Origin: Octopus vulgaris
Lineage: Eukaryota
Assembly (NCBI GenBank): GCA_951406725.2
Contig: OX597838.1
Location: 1,984,001-2,048,000 of the forward strand
Length of the DNA: 64,000 nt
Direction of reading: 5' to 3'
In this document: positions 13,029 through 26,511 of the stretch, in pieces
How the letters are laid out: each line of letters opens with the position of its first letter
Position numbering within the stretch: the first letter of the stretch is position 1
The notes under the pieces: model-generated
Told to the model about the DNA's origin: nothing
The model's input: only the letters and a program-made list of their open reading frames with translations
Databases searched by the model: none
Position numbers and translations under genes: made by a program

Positions 13029-13256
13029 GGTCCCGGGTTGAGTCGGGGTTAACCACAGTAAATAAGGTACTCAATACATAGCAGAGTAAATTAATTTATT
13101 TTATAGAAGGAGCTTCTACAGGACTAGAACTGTTTCATTCAAATGAAATCATCAGGAAGCTTGCTGTCAAAGTCTGATTTTGACAGCAAGCTTCCGGATG
13201 ATTTCATTTGAATAAAACAGTTCTAGTCCTGTAGAAGCTCCTTCTATAAAATAAAT
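13026..13256. mobile_element. Short Penelope-terminus-like element with 78-bp inverted duplication, embedded in (TA)n
   Basis: Arms 13094-13171 and 13179-13256 are reverse complements with 2 mismatches and a 7-nt loop GTCTGAT. The element is flanked by (TA)n on both sides and contains an HHR motif. Confidence 0.75.
13111..13161 (-). ncRNA. Type-I hammerhead ribozyme motif (intact core, weak stem II)
   Basis: Minus strand AGCTTC-CTGATGA-TTTCATTTGAAT-GAAA-CAG(TTCTAGTC)CTG-TA|GAAGCT: 6-bp stem I, CUGAUGA, stem II TTC/GAA (U-U at the closing position), GAAA, stem III ACAG/CTGT, GUA cleavage triplet. Confidence 0.75.
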
Positions 13257-13659
13257 ATATATATATATATATACATACATAAAGAGAGACAGAGAGAGAG
13301 AAAGAGGGAGAGAGAGAGGGACGCTAGCATAAATACGTATGTAAATATACCCATACGCACTAATATAGAAACGCATACATACGTGCATATACACAGGGCG
13401 GGACGTGTAGTACAGGCGAACATAGGGATGCGTACATATAGACATACGCATACATAGACATAAATAGACATACGCACACACATATAGACCGACAGAGAGA
13501 GAGAAGGAGAGAGAGGGGAGAGAGAGAGAAAGAGAGATACATATATGTAGACGCATACCATTACATACACATAGGTATTGACAGAAACACTTAAAGGGTG
13601 GCGTAAGCACAAGCATTTAGACATTGAACAGAGTCACATATAGTTACACACATACATAG

Positions 13660-13892
13660 ATAAGCTGACACTCCGTCGGTTGCGACGAGGAGGGTTCCAG
13701 TTGATGCGATCACCGGAGCACTCCACAGACACGAGATTCGGCGTAACACAGAGTTCCACAAGGGTGGCCTTTTGAAATACATTGGAGCAACGAGAAATAA
13801 AGTGTCATGCTGAAGGACACCACGCATCGTCGGGAAGTGAACTCACGGCCTTACGATCGCGAGCGGATACGTCAACCACTGAGCCACGTGCC
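13660..13892 (-). mobile_element. tRNA-derived CORE-type SINE, degenerate
   Basis: Minus strand GGCACGTGGCTCAGTGGTTG (A box)..GTGAGTTCACTTCC (B-box-like)..GTGTCCTTCAGCATGACACTTTATTTC; related to 21314 and 33145. Confidence 0.75.
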
Positions 13893-13907
13893 TTTTTATC
13901 CCTTAAA

Positions 13908-14054
13908 TTATATATATATATGTATGTATGTATGTATGTATATATGTATGTATGTATGTATGTATATATGTATGTATGTATGTATGTATGTAGGTATGTA
14001 TGTATGTATGTATGTATGCATGTAGGTATGTATGTATGTATGTATGTATATATG

Positions 14055-14088
<34 letters not shown>

Positions 14089-14120
14089 TGTATGCATGTA
14101 TGTATGTATGTATGTATGCA
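13908..14120. repeat. (TATG)n microsatellite
   Basis: Direct inspection; also at 17580-17790. Confidence 0.97.
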
Positions 14121-14285
14121 CTTCTTAGTGTATTAAATGCAATAATAAAGCAATGTCGGCCACAATCAGTTGGACGGAATTTGTTGGCAGGAAAATGTTA
14201 GGTGTTTGGTGGTTTGTAATAATTGCAACAACATTTATAAATACATTAGATTCGATACACTTGCAAAATAAGCGTCTATTCGACG

Positions 14286-14318
<33 letters not shown>

Positions 14319-14611
14319 ACACACTATATAATACAAACACATACACGGACGCAAATATAGAAGTCGTTATATCTATCTGTCTATCTATCTCTAATTATAT
14401 GTTTGTATATCAGACGCCATTTGTTCTTCATCTCACTTTCCATTTACCTAACTTTCTACAACCATGAGAGAAAGAAAAAGAGAGAATAAGGGGGAGAGAA
14501 GGAGAGAAGGAAGAAGGGGGGAAAGAGAGAGAGAGATAGGGACAGACACAGTTAAACTCAGTCAATTATGTAGTATATAATATATATATATATATATATA
14601 TGTATTATATG

Positions 14612-14648
<37 letters not shown>

Positions 14649-15149
14649 TATATGTATGCATATATATATATATAACATAATATGTGTGTGTACATAGATT
14701 ATATGTGTGTGCATTTATAAGTATATGTGTGTAATTAGGCGCGTATATTTATATATACATATGTATATTTATATCTGAGTGGGAAAATATAGGAGTGTGT
14801 ATGCTTGTGTAGATTATAACATACGTGTACGTCCGTGTATCTTCGTTTAATCTTGATTATCATAATATTAATTTACCATTTTTGATTTTCGGACATAAGT
14901 TTCAAATTATTTTCTTCATAGAGATTCATTTGACCAAAAAAGAGAATAAGTTGTGGCTATTTTGGAACTTAGCACATCTAAGAGAACTCACTGATTTGGA
15001 ACAAAGAGAAAGATATTGGTCTAGTGACCCGGAAGAATTTCTTTAATAACATTCATTCTTACGTCTATATGAATTGGTCACAATTAATATACATACAGAC
15101 ATAGACAAATAGCTACTTTATTATATATTCGTACGAATATTTGTGTATG

Positions 15150-15182
<33 letters not shown>

Positions 15183-15739
15183 GTATATGTAGATATATAT
15201 ATTTGTGTATATATATATGTATATATATATATATATATGTATATAAATTTGTGTATATACATATATATATACACATATACACACAGAAATTTAGTACTAT
15301 TAATATTCATACACCGCTACCTCTGAATACATGCGCAATACATACACTCACGCACACGCGCGCACACACACACATATATATATATGTATGCCCACACGAA
15401 GACACAAACAAAGTATAGATGAATGTACGACGGCAAACATATTGTTGTTCCGGTAGACGAGAGACATACTGTGTATTACGTAGTGAAAGTACTTTTCAGG
15501 ACTAATGTAATTTGGTGATTTGATCTCATGCACATATCTCGATACCGACGGATTGAATGGAACTGCCCAGGTATCGAAACCATAGTGATATCTTTATTCT
15601 GGGTTGTCTTTCATTCTTGCAAAATGGTAAGTGTTTGTGAATTCATAGTTTGTGGAGATAGTTTACTCCGGTATTGTTTGATTGTCTTAATTATAGGACG
15701 ATAATGCTTAAATATTGTTGTCTAGTTCTGGGAGATTCT

Positions 15740-15814
<75 letters not shown>

Positions 15815-16049
15815 GTGTGTGTATGTGTGTGTATTATGCTTTCGGTGCGAATGGTTTTGTTATACGGTGCCGGGTCTTACAATCTTGTAAATAATAATAT
15901 TATTTATATAAGCTTAAAGATTATGGCGATCACGGTACAATGAATAAGTATAATAGTCTAATAAAGGGGCATATAAACCCTCGACAGAAGAATGAATGCT
16001 CTTCTGTCCGCGTGGGACTCGAATCTGTATCGCTTTGTTCACGACTAAG

Positions 16050-18030
16050 TGTGTTACCTTTACACCTGCGAATTAACAATGAATCAATTTAAGGGAAACA
16101 GAGAGAAGGAAATATCCAAATCTTTATTCTGGTTGGTTTTCTTTTCAGCGACAAAAGAAAATAACCGAGCGTATAATATATTTGATTATTTTCTATTCTC
16201 TGTTTTCCTTCGAGTCGTTCATTATTGTTTCTCCTCTGTCGAAAAGCATACGGTCTCTTTAGAGAGAACTGAATTTGCAAGCGAGGGTATGTACGGAGAA
16301 TGATTAAACCCAACAACTGACGGTCCATAAGCTCACGAATGTTAACCAGCATTATCCATCGGTAGAAGTGTATATTGGTACCTGCTCGGATTATAAATCC
16401 CCATCAACTAAAAATTGTGGAAAACTAGACTGTATATAAATAAATATATATATGTCTGTGTGTGTGTCTATGTATGTATATTCATAATTATTAATCAGTT
16501 TTACACACACACACACACATATATATATATTTGGGTGGGTATTTGAACTCAGAACGTAAAGCAGAAGAAATACAGGAAAGAATTTTGCCCGATTCGACCA
16601 GCTCGCCATTTTATGGAACAAAATAATACCAAAAAATTAACATAAACAAAACAAACTGTACAAAAAGAGACACTTATGGTTACTTACTGCCACAGTGGGG
16701 AGTACTTCCGGTTATGCAAGGTAATATCATCCCTTCGTTCTGGCCTTCTCCATTAGCAACTGGCCATTCTGGAGGTTGGTGCCCCGAGACACACCTGGAC
16801 ACTCGTAATTCACCTCGTAATAATAATCTGGTGTTACGTTTTTTTAAATTAATTCGTTGATTGACGCATTTTGCCTTTCTGACTCTGTATCATGTCCGAC
16901 ATTTATTTTATCGAGACTTGTCGACCTGAAATACGTTTGTTTCTTCACGAAATGCTGTTCTGTCTTTCGAACGATCGTAAATTTCATGTCACAGTTTACA
17001 CACCTTAAGGTTTAGCTCACCAATCCTTCTCAATTGCCTCTTCTTTGTCGGTAATTTTCACAACGTGTCTGCCTGGCCACAACAGTTCTAGGGAGTTCTT
17101 TTATTTGCGGATAGAAAGAGCTCGTCTGTTTCTGCGAACTAGAATCAGTGGTGCTTACTGTTGTTTCTGCTGTCAACGGTTCGTCCTCATTCTTTATAAC
17201 AGTCGCCACGGTTCATGATTGGAGGAAGTGGTCATTCGACTCCATGGTTAGATCAGAACACAAGAAACGAAATGATTTCTACTCTAAAGCAACAGTATTT
17301 CCCTACTTCACCTGGATAAAACTTTTTCCATCTGTTCCTTTGCAGATGTTTTAGACTTACTCCGTGTTTCTGTAGTTAAAAATAGGCAGCATTTTACCTT
17401 TGTTCGTCCGGTTGGTGTTAGTCAGGCAGCGAGACACTCGTTTTTATAACGTGCTTCTCTACAGAGATTCTTTCTCCGGGAAGGCATTCACGTTCAAATC
17501 CTAATACATGACAGAATAAATGCGATTGATATGTAAAACAGCGGGTATGTTTTTGTGTGGGAAACTGTACACCCGTACGTATGCATGCATGTATGTATGT
17601 ATGTATGTATGTATGTACGTTTGCATGTATGTATGTATGTATGTATGTATGTATGTATGTATGTATGTATGTATGTATGTATTTATGTATGTGTGTGCGT
17701 ACGTATGTATAAATGTATGTATTTATGTGTATATGAATGTATGTATGTATTAATCATGCATGCATGCATGCATGTATTTGTCTATATATGTATGTGACAA
17801 TTGGTGTTGACAACTTTGCTGTTCGAAGCATTCAGACTGTCATGTTTTGTCCGTTAAAATCTTGTTCAGTTTTGTTGAAAGTCAACACCAATATTTTATT
17901 GTCTAATTAAATTAATATTATTTTTCTGTTTGTAGAATGTGTAGCTTCGTCAATTGTTTACTTTGCTGTTCTTTTGTTTTCTTTCGGTGGGCGGGACTGA
18001 GAACATTCGTCGCCATTTTTCAGTGAAGAT
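16050..18030 (-). mobile_element. Decayed L1/Tx1-like LINE 5' part (ORF1 and start of endonuclease), interrupted by SINE and microsatellites
   Basis: Minus-strand start ATGGCGACGAATGTT near 18016, coding-like but stop-riddled 16700-17500, and MLVNIRELMDR (16352) resembling the APE-endonuclease first motif (NxRGL). Confidence 0.4.
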
Positions 18031-18091
18031 TTAAAAAAAACCCAGAAATGACCCAAAATAAGTAACAAACTTTATTCTTCTTTCTTTTAAA

Positions 18092-18182
<91 letters not shown>

Positions 18183-18366
18183 CTTTCTCATTAGACTTTA
18201 AAATCCAATTTATACAAGTTTCAGGGAGTAAATATTCTTCGCTTGGATGACCGACTGAAAGAACTCCCCCCCCCCCCAAAAAAAAATAAATAGTAAAACA
18301 ATCAAAGAAAAAACCAAGTCTATCTAGATTAGTCGCCCGAACTACAATAACAACAGCAGCAGCAAA

Positions 18367-18403
<37 letters not shown>

Positions 18404-18447
18404 GTTATTATTATTATTTGTATTTCTAGTCGTAGTAGTAGTAGTAG

Positions 18448-18561
18448 AAGAAGAAGAAGAAGAAGAAGAAGAAGAAGAAGAAGAAGAAGAAGAAGAAGAA
18501 GAAGAAGAAGAAGAAGAAGAAGAAGAAGAAGAAGAAGAAGAAGAAGAAGAAGAAGAAGAAG
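18448..18561. repeat. Pure (GAA)n trinucleotide repeat
   Basis: Direct inspection; a complementary (TTC)n tract lies at 41311-41410. Confidence 0.98.
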
Positions 18562-19033
18562 ATAGATTAAGGAAAAAAGAGGGTGACTATATCCAATCCA
18601 CTCTTTCGTCCCTCTTTTTACTCAATTACACCACAAAAAAAACACTGAAAAAATTTGAACAGAAATCATAATTCAAGTTTATCCAAATACCAAAATATAT
18701 AGCATTGAGCTATATATCGACCCTGAAGCTATTCCGACTTTGGTGCAAAACATTCCAGAACGCCAGCAGACTTCAACGTGACGAGTTGACATCTTTTAGC
18801 TTGGTAAAACTTTCTGGTTAAGGTAAGGGCTTTTCGCCAGAACTAGAAATCACGATTCAAGTGTATTCAAATACCAAAACATACAGCATTGAACTGTCTT
18901 GGCATATTAAAATGCTTTAACTCATTCGCCAGACCACTGTTGCTTTTCTGTGAAAATATTCAGTGTTATTGGTGGTTTAATTGGGGGTTTTATCTTCACT
19001 TTCTAGCAAGTAGGTGCTTTGTGTGCGCTTATG

Positions 19034-19107
<74 letters not shown>

Positions 19108-19275
19108 CTGTGTGTGTGTGTGTATAATTGGAATAGTGATTCAAAGAGGCAAAGAAAACTACCCCCTCCTGCTGAATTGCTATCCAGAAAGATCGTGTTG
19201 AAGTTTACGATGTAACCTCAGCGCCTTACTAAAGACCCACGAATCGCAACAAAATACACACACTCACACATACAT

Positions 19276-19308
<33 letters not shown>

Positions 19309-19882
19309 AAATCACACACACACACACCACACTCACAGGTATGTGTGTGTGGTTTGTGAACGTCTGTATCAAAAAAGTAATATAACTCTTATAAGTTATT
19401 GAAGTGGGTGTGTGTGTCTGTGTGTGTTATATTTAAAACGACCATCGGTTGGTCTCCGACAGTGTTGTATAGAACGTCCTTTAAAAAACGCAGTTTATTT
19501 ATTGTTGTTGTTGTTGTTGTCATTTGGCCCCTTTTCCTCCCCTAACCCCAGCAGACCTATTTCTGATCAAAGACATTTCCGCTGTGAACATCCCGTCTTG
19601 TTCGTTCTTATGTAAAACTAAATTATCTGCTGTCTCCTGTTCTTAATTAAGATTAATTAGCACAATTAGGTGTGTGGATTGAATGATATTTCGCTGGTAT
19701 CTCTAGCAGATCGTGTGTCCACATGGAAGCATTATCGATTTATTTATAGTGTTTCATTAATTGCAGAAAAATGGCGGGGAAGAATTAAAGAGGGAAGAAT
19801 ATCTGAAATAATGGTGTCTTGTCTACCCAGGAGCTGGTGGCACACAAAAATCTATCTATTACGCCCGGCGTAAAGAGAGAAG

Positions 19883-19952
<70 letters not shown>

Positions 19953-19976
19953 GTATATATATAAATGTATGTATAT

Positions 19977-20048
<72 letters not shown>

Positions 20049-20115
20049 GGATATATTTATATACATATATATATATATATACACACACACACATATATAT
20101 GTATATATATACATA

Positions 20116-20204
<89 letters not shown>

Positions 20205-20394
20205 GTGTGTGTAGGGATATATACATACATGTATAGAGGTACACATATACACACTCATGTATATATATATATATATATATGTGTGTACACCCTCATGCAT
20301 TAGAGCAATAAAAATGATTGTTGGTTGTATTAAATCATTCCAAAAGGAGTTACGCATCCAATGGAGTTGCGTGTCGCCACATTTACATATATGT

Positions 20395-20434
<40 letters not shown>

Positions 20435-20443
20435 GTCTGTCTG

Positions 20444-20508
<65 letters not shown>

Positions 20509-20509
20509 A

Positions 20510-20549
<40 letters not shown>

Positions 20550-20550
20550 C

Positions 20551-20610
<60 letters not shown>

Positions 20611-20640
20611 GTCTATCTATCTATCTATCTATCTATCTAT
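20395..20640. repeat. (TATC)n microsatellite
   Basis: Direct inspection; also at 18110-18183, 26180-26335, 34237-34335, 35519-35650, 37750-38090, 45225-45430 and 47990-48150. Confidence 0.97.
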
Positions 20641-20804
20641 GGCACTGTGAGCTGATCTAGGTGTATACATACCATTTGTCAACAAGCGAGATATGTTCTC
20701 CGTGATAAAAAAATCAGTTACTAGCTTGTTCCCCAGTTCGACCGTGCATCACGCATATTCCGACTTAATAAAATTGTAATATATACATATATATATATAT
20801 ATAC

Positions 20805-21270
20805 AGTATACAGTCCTCTGGAACAGTTTTCATTCTTCCTTCGCGTTACCCACTTTTGTCTTGTCTTGCAGTTACGAGGGTTTTTGTTGTATATGTACCA
20901 TCATTATTAATTGTTGTCTTCGTGTGGCCCTTATCCTTTATTCTGTTTATTATTTGGCCCCTCGCCCGTCCCCTAACGGTCTCGCCTCGAGCCCGTCAAG
21001 TTTTATTACGTTTTGGTTTCATTCCCGGCACGTTTCTTATCGGTGCCTCCAGCGTGGAAACAATATTATCGATAACGGCTGAAATTGCGTTTGACCTTCT
21101 GGCCGATAACTGATGAGGAATTGCTGAGCTTCTGTGTTTTCCCTTCGCCAGCATGTCTAGTATACGTTCGTTTGTTTCTTTTCTACACATTTTAGGTATA
21201 TTTTCCGTTTGTTCTCCTTTTATTTAATCATGAAAATAATATTTATGTAATGCGCGCACCCATTAATTGT
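20805..21270 (-). mobile_element. Tc1/Tc3-like transposase N-terminal (HTH) remnant
   Basis: ORF 20996-21190 ERILDMLAKGKHRSSAIPHQLSARRSNAISAVIDN resembles the Tc3 HTH (I..LxAxG.S...IA..L.RS..vIS.). A TACAGT terminus-like motif lies near 20808. Confidence 0.4.
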
Positions 21271-21313
21271 ACACAGACACACACATACGCATATATATAT
21301 ATATATACGTGAA

Positions 21314-21645
21314 GGCGCATAGCTCAGTGGTTAGAGCGTGGAGCTTACGATCGTGAGGTTGTGAGTTCGATTCCTGGAACGGGCTGTGTGTTGTGTACTT
21401 GAGCAAGACACTAATTTCACGTTGCTCCAGTTCACGCAGCTGTAGAAATCAGTTGCGACATCACTGGTGCCAAGCTGTATCTGCCCCTTTGCCTTTCCCT
21501 TAGATAACATCAGTGGTATGGAGAAGGGAGGCTGGTATGCATGGGCGACTGTTGGTCTTCCATAAACAACCTTGTTCGGACTTGTACGTGGGTGGGTAAC
21601 TTTCTAGGTGCAATCCCATGGTCATTCATGACCGAAGGAGGTCTT
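21314..21645 (+). mobile_element. Full-length tRNA-derived CORE-type SINE
   Basis: A box TAGCTCAGTGG, B box GTTCGATTCC, CORE-like TGTGTACTTGAGCAAGACACT..TTCACGTTGCTCCAG. Ends in (CT)n/(TA)n. Confidence 0.9.
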
Positions 21646-21648
21646 CTC

Positions 21649-21736
<88 letters not shown>

Positions 21737-21750
21737 CATATATATATATA

Positions 21751-21868
21751 CCGGAGTAAACACATAAATGTGAAACAAGGTGGAAAAAAGAGTACTCAAA
21801 TAGCAGAGGTAGAGTAATATGCTTTATTTAAAAGCAGCAGAAATTTAAGAAAAGCTGTTACTCGGAGT
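21751..21868 (-). mobile_element. Probable Penelope-terminus-like fragment abutting (TA)n
   Basis: GTACTCAAATAGCAGAG..TTTATT resembles GTACTCAATACATAGCAGAG..TTTATT at 13067-13100. It is truncated before any HHR core. Confidence 0.45.
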
Positions 21869-22461
21869 ACGCACAGTGGGATTGAATCCGGGTCAATGTG
21901 ATCGGGAAACAAACTTCTTACAGTCTCACCTACGCCTACAATATTTAGAATCGATTGAATTTCTCTGACAAATGGCGGTGTACATCGATAGTTTATATTT
22001 AAATTTTAAAAGAATTTTACAGGTTTTCGTAATTGAGAGCAAGAAATGTGGTTAGCTAGATGATGATGTGGTGGTGGTGGTGGTGAGGCGTTGTGTGGGA
22101 GAAGCAATTGCGAAAGGTTTAAGAGGGTTTGGGCCAGAACCTTTCTAAAGTGTAATGGTAGAAGATGTGTTAAAGAGCCAATGGTGCAACGAACCATTTT
22201 AATTAAGGCCCTGGCGTTTATCCAGCTTGCTCTGTCGAGGTACAGGAGAGATTGTAGGAGCTTAGCAGCGGGATAATGACATATGTGTGTGTGCGCGTTT
22301 TTATGCTTATAAGTATATATTTATATATGTATATATGTGTATGTGTGTACGTATGTCTATATATATATATATATACATATGAATATATGTATATATATAT
22401 ATATATGTATATATGTATATATGTATATATGTATATATGTGTATATGTGTATATGTATATA

Positions 22462-22497
<36 letters not shown>

Positions 22498-22564
22498 CAG
22501 ACATATATATATGTGTATGTATATATGTATATATGTATGTAAAAGGAGGGAAAAAGCAAAATAA

Positions 22565-22610
<46 letters not shown>

Positions 22611-22689
22611 ATATACATACATATATATGTGTACGTATGTGTATGTGTATCTGTATGTATATATATTTGCGTGTGTATACATATGTTTA

Positions 22690-22734
<45 letters not shown>

Positions 22735-23062
22735 ACATCAGTATAAAAATTAAAAGATGTGTGTGGTTATGGTACCTATCTTTGTGTGTGCGTGTGTGTG
22801 TCAGAGATTGGAGATACTAATTATGTTTCATCTAAAATAAAATTCATTTTCACACAAATGAGGTGTTGGAAGTAAACGTTAATTCACGTGAGCAGTACAG
22901 CTGATTGAATTAGTTGAGGAATCGATATCTACGTCATCGATGATGGTCAACGTTACAAGCGAACGTCGTCGACTGAAATGATATTTCATTAAACCAGGTT
23001 ATTTATAATCCACATAATATTTTCGTTCGCTTCTCTTAATTTGTATCTCCTTTGAGCGTTAC

Positions 23063-23091
23063 AAAGGTCACTCAAGGTCATACGAAGGTCA
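23063..23091 (+). promoter_or_regulatory. Triple AGGTCA nuclear-receptor half-site array (DR4 + DR5)
   Basis: AAAGGTCA-CTCA-AGGTCA-TACGA-AGGTCA. Motif presence is certain; function is inferred. Confidence 0.45.
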
Positions 23092-23499
23092 TTGATGTGG
23101 TGGGAGTAAAAAATTAGTTCCTTGAAGCATAGATTTTAGGTTCAATCTCGCTACACATCATCTCGGGCATGTGCCATTGGGCAACTGGAGACTTGCGAAT
23201 GGAATTTGGTAACTAGAAACTGTATGGAAGCTTTGGCTTCGAAGTCGGTGACTGAATATGTCACGTGGTTTAACACCTAAGCCACTTTGGATCTTGGAAG
23301 CCTTTAACGGAATCTGTTCTATGAGAAACAGTCGAGTTGGATCTCCAATCCGTCAATCAACCGCGCCCTCTCTTCTTATCACTAGTCACCGAGTCCCCGA
23401 TAATATGGAGGTGCCCTGCTGTCAATAAATCATAAAAGTATAAGAAAATCACAGACACCCAGCAAAAAAAAAAAAACCGTTGGGTTTTTTGTCGTTAGA

Positions 23500-25860
23500 G
23501 GACAGTATTTCAAAGACAATAGTTTAAACACCCGTGCTACGTCTGGGCTTTTTCCAGAAGTTAGTACTGAACCCCAAGTATAATTGCCACCCCACCACTC
23601 CCAGAAGGGGTTTATTATCATTATAGGAGGTCATGGTTTGGTCAGAGCCAGTCCTACTCGCGCTTCCTTCAAACTTGTATAGGTGCAACAAGTTCTATGA
23701 GCCTAGTAGTTATCAGGATGCTGGATTTGCATGGAGTTACCCGCTCTTAGATGAGCAGCCAAAGAGTTGAAGGACCTCATCTACCCTGGGTCCGTTGAGG
23801 TGTCTCTGAATAATCTTTTTGTTGAGGCAATTCAATCCGTGATATGCTAATTAATCTATGGCTGAGACCCTGGCCGGTGTTATTACTCTGTGTCAGATGA
23901 GATCTGGGGACAATGATGGCAGTCCCACACTTCTCAAAACCCTGGAACTGCCGATGCAGGGCCACAGTGCCCTACAAAAGAAATACAAGTAGAATATATC
24001 TACTACTGTCTTCTTCAAACCAGGAAAATAATATACGTCGAAAACCTATCATGTTCATCGCCATTTTCATCTAACTCTGAAGACCTAAATGAAACGAATA
24101 GAGTTTCCTTGCAATTATCACTTCCATCTTTGTCGAGTAGCAGTGGTCTAACTTCTTCAACGGAGATGTCTCTGCTATTTTGATTACTGTTAGATAGGTA
24201 AACAACCATTTCTTCCATAACTAAGTTTATAACACATTAATTGATGAGAGCAGATAGCCTCACCTGAAAATATGGCATAAATGTATACTCAATATTGGTG
24301 TTGATGCGTGTGTGTATGCACGCGCGTGTGTATGTGCATTGGAGTGCAAATGTATTCGCATCTGTATGCTTTTCTACAGCATGTATGCTCTTTGGGAATT
24401 AATTGTAATTTCCCCCTCATATGACAGTTTCGGTTAATCCGCTTATACATGTTCTCTTATTCAGACAGAATACTTAAGAATATAGGTACTCCAGCTTGGC
24501 CACCTCAACTCTTTTCGTTCTGCGTCTGGAATTTGGTGAATGAACATGTTTGCAACCAACGAAACTTTTCTCCCAGTTTCGTTTCACAGTGACACTGATT
24601 CCTCTGAAACTTTCACCAGGAGGTTTCCAAGAATTGTTTTGTGATGTTTTCCTGTTCTAGGTTTACCAGATTTTCAAAAGCAAATTGAAGTTCTTTGACT
24701 CTTGAAATCTGAAATTATGCAATACAGATTTGGATGATTTTTAATGTCAAATTTTGAAGACAGTCTCTCGATGAGATTTCAGGTAAAATTCCTGTCCATG
24801 TTCCTCTTCCTCACTCTGTATAGTTGTAGCCCTTTCTTCCACTCGGATACTTGTTGCAGTAAAGCGATTCCCTTGTTATTCTCTTATTTTCTTGATCACC
24901 AGGAACTTTGCAACGATGACAGAAACTATGGAAGAAGACCATATCAATTTCTCAGAATCCAATTCTTGATGTTTCGTAATCAGGGATTTGCTAATCGTCA
25001 TCTATTACAGGCATCACATATTGGGTCCTATTTTAGCTTTCTGTTATACTTTACAGTTCAAGATTTGATTAAGAATTTGTAGAGGTTTCGTCGACGTCAT
25101 TTTCGTATGTGCTTAGCAGAAGTCTTTTAAAACCGTCTGGAATAATTTGTTGCTAATTTCAGGACCATTCTATTTATAAGAAATATTCGACATTCATAAA
25201 CATTAACACCTTTACTGTTTACCATTTCCAGATTCAAAACGGCAGAAGGAGCTTTTTCTTCATCAACTATTTACACAAGTCCCAGAAACCGTTTGGAACA
25301 TTGTGTGCAATTGGTCGTCCCGCATTTCACGTCGACTTCTAAATTATTGTATTAAGTCAGCCAATAATTCAAATTTTATAATTCTTTGAAACGATTTCTT
25401 ATATAAATCCATAGAAAACGAACGCGTCTGTCTTCAGGTTTTCTACGGCCCTGGTTCTTTTTGTCTTTCACAAGTTATGTTCATTCCGTTTCTAATTATA
25501 ACTTAATAATCTTAACAGGATTCTTACAACGGCAGAGATTGAAATGCCGAAGAAACGATTTGAGATAGCTTTCTTTTATAGATCAGTATAAACAATATAT
25601 GGCAGGCCCTCGGTTTGCTCTCAAGGACAAAACTGACGGCGTAGGGTTTGCGTTAAGAACATAACTCATTTAAATTTCAGATCGTTATCTTCTGCATAGT
25701 TTTAATTCAAGCTAAACAGGATTTCTCTTTCTTTCCAGCGAGCCTTTGGTGATTAAGGCTGGAACGATACACAATATTTCTTGTGAAACCATATAGTGTT
25801 GACTCTTGGCACACACATCATTAATTCTATAAATTCTTGGAATATTCTAAGAAACGTTTG
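23500..25860 (-). mobile_element. Highly decayed non-LTR retrotransposon sequence (RTE/L1-like UTR and ORF2 debris)
   Basis: Microsatellite-free, coding-like composition with many stops. The minus strand near 23720-23780 (GGCTGCTCATCTAAGAGCGGGTAACTCC) resembles RTE-type 5' UTRs. Confidence 0.35.
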
Positions 25861-25977
25861 TTGAGATTATTCACTACATTATCACTGAAAGAGTGATTAG
25901 GTGTATACAGGGGTACAAAGATATATGATGACACACACACACATATTTAAATATACACGTGTGTGTGTGTGTTTGCA

Positions 25978-26021
<44 letters not shown>

Positions 26022-26178
26022 TGTGTGTATGTGTGTGTGTGTGTGTTTGCGTTTGTGTGTCTGTGTGTGTGTGTGTGTATGTGTGTGTGTGTGTGTGTGT
26101 GTTTGTGTATGAACCACCCACTTCAAATCTCGCTCTGACATGATCAGGGCACGAATATTATCTCCCTCCTATTTCTCC

Positions 26179-26334
<156 letters not shown>

Positions 26335-26461
26335 ATATATATATGTCTGTCTATCTATCTCTCTATCTTTTTATATATATACATATACATATATATGGGC
26401 CTCTGTGTGTGTATGTGGCTCACTTCTCTCTCTCCCCTTTCTCCATCTCTCACTCCCGTTA

Positions 26462-26511
<50 letters not shown>

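Noticed and set aside
21314-21385. tRNA gene
   Set aside because: The tRNA-like head continues into a multi-copy SINE body; no complete cloverleaf.
24070-24110. CTGAAGA..GAAAC hammerhead-like spacing
   Set aside because: No stem II, and the stem I register is wrong.
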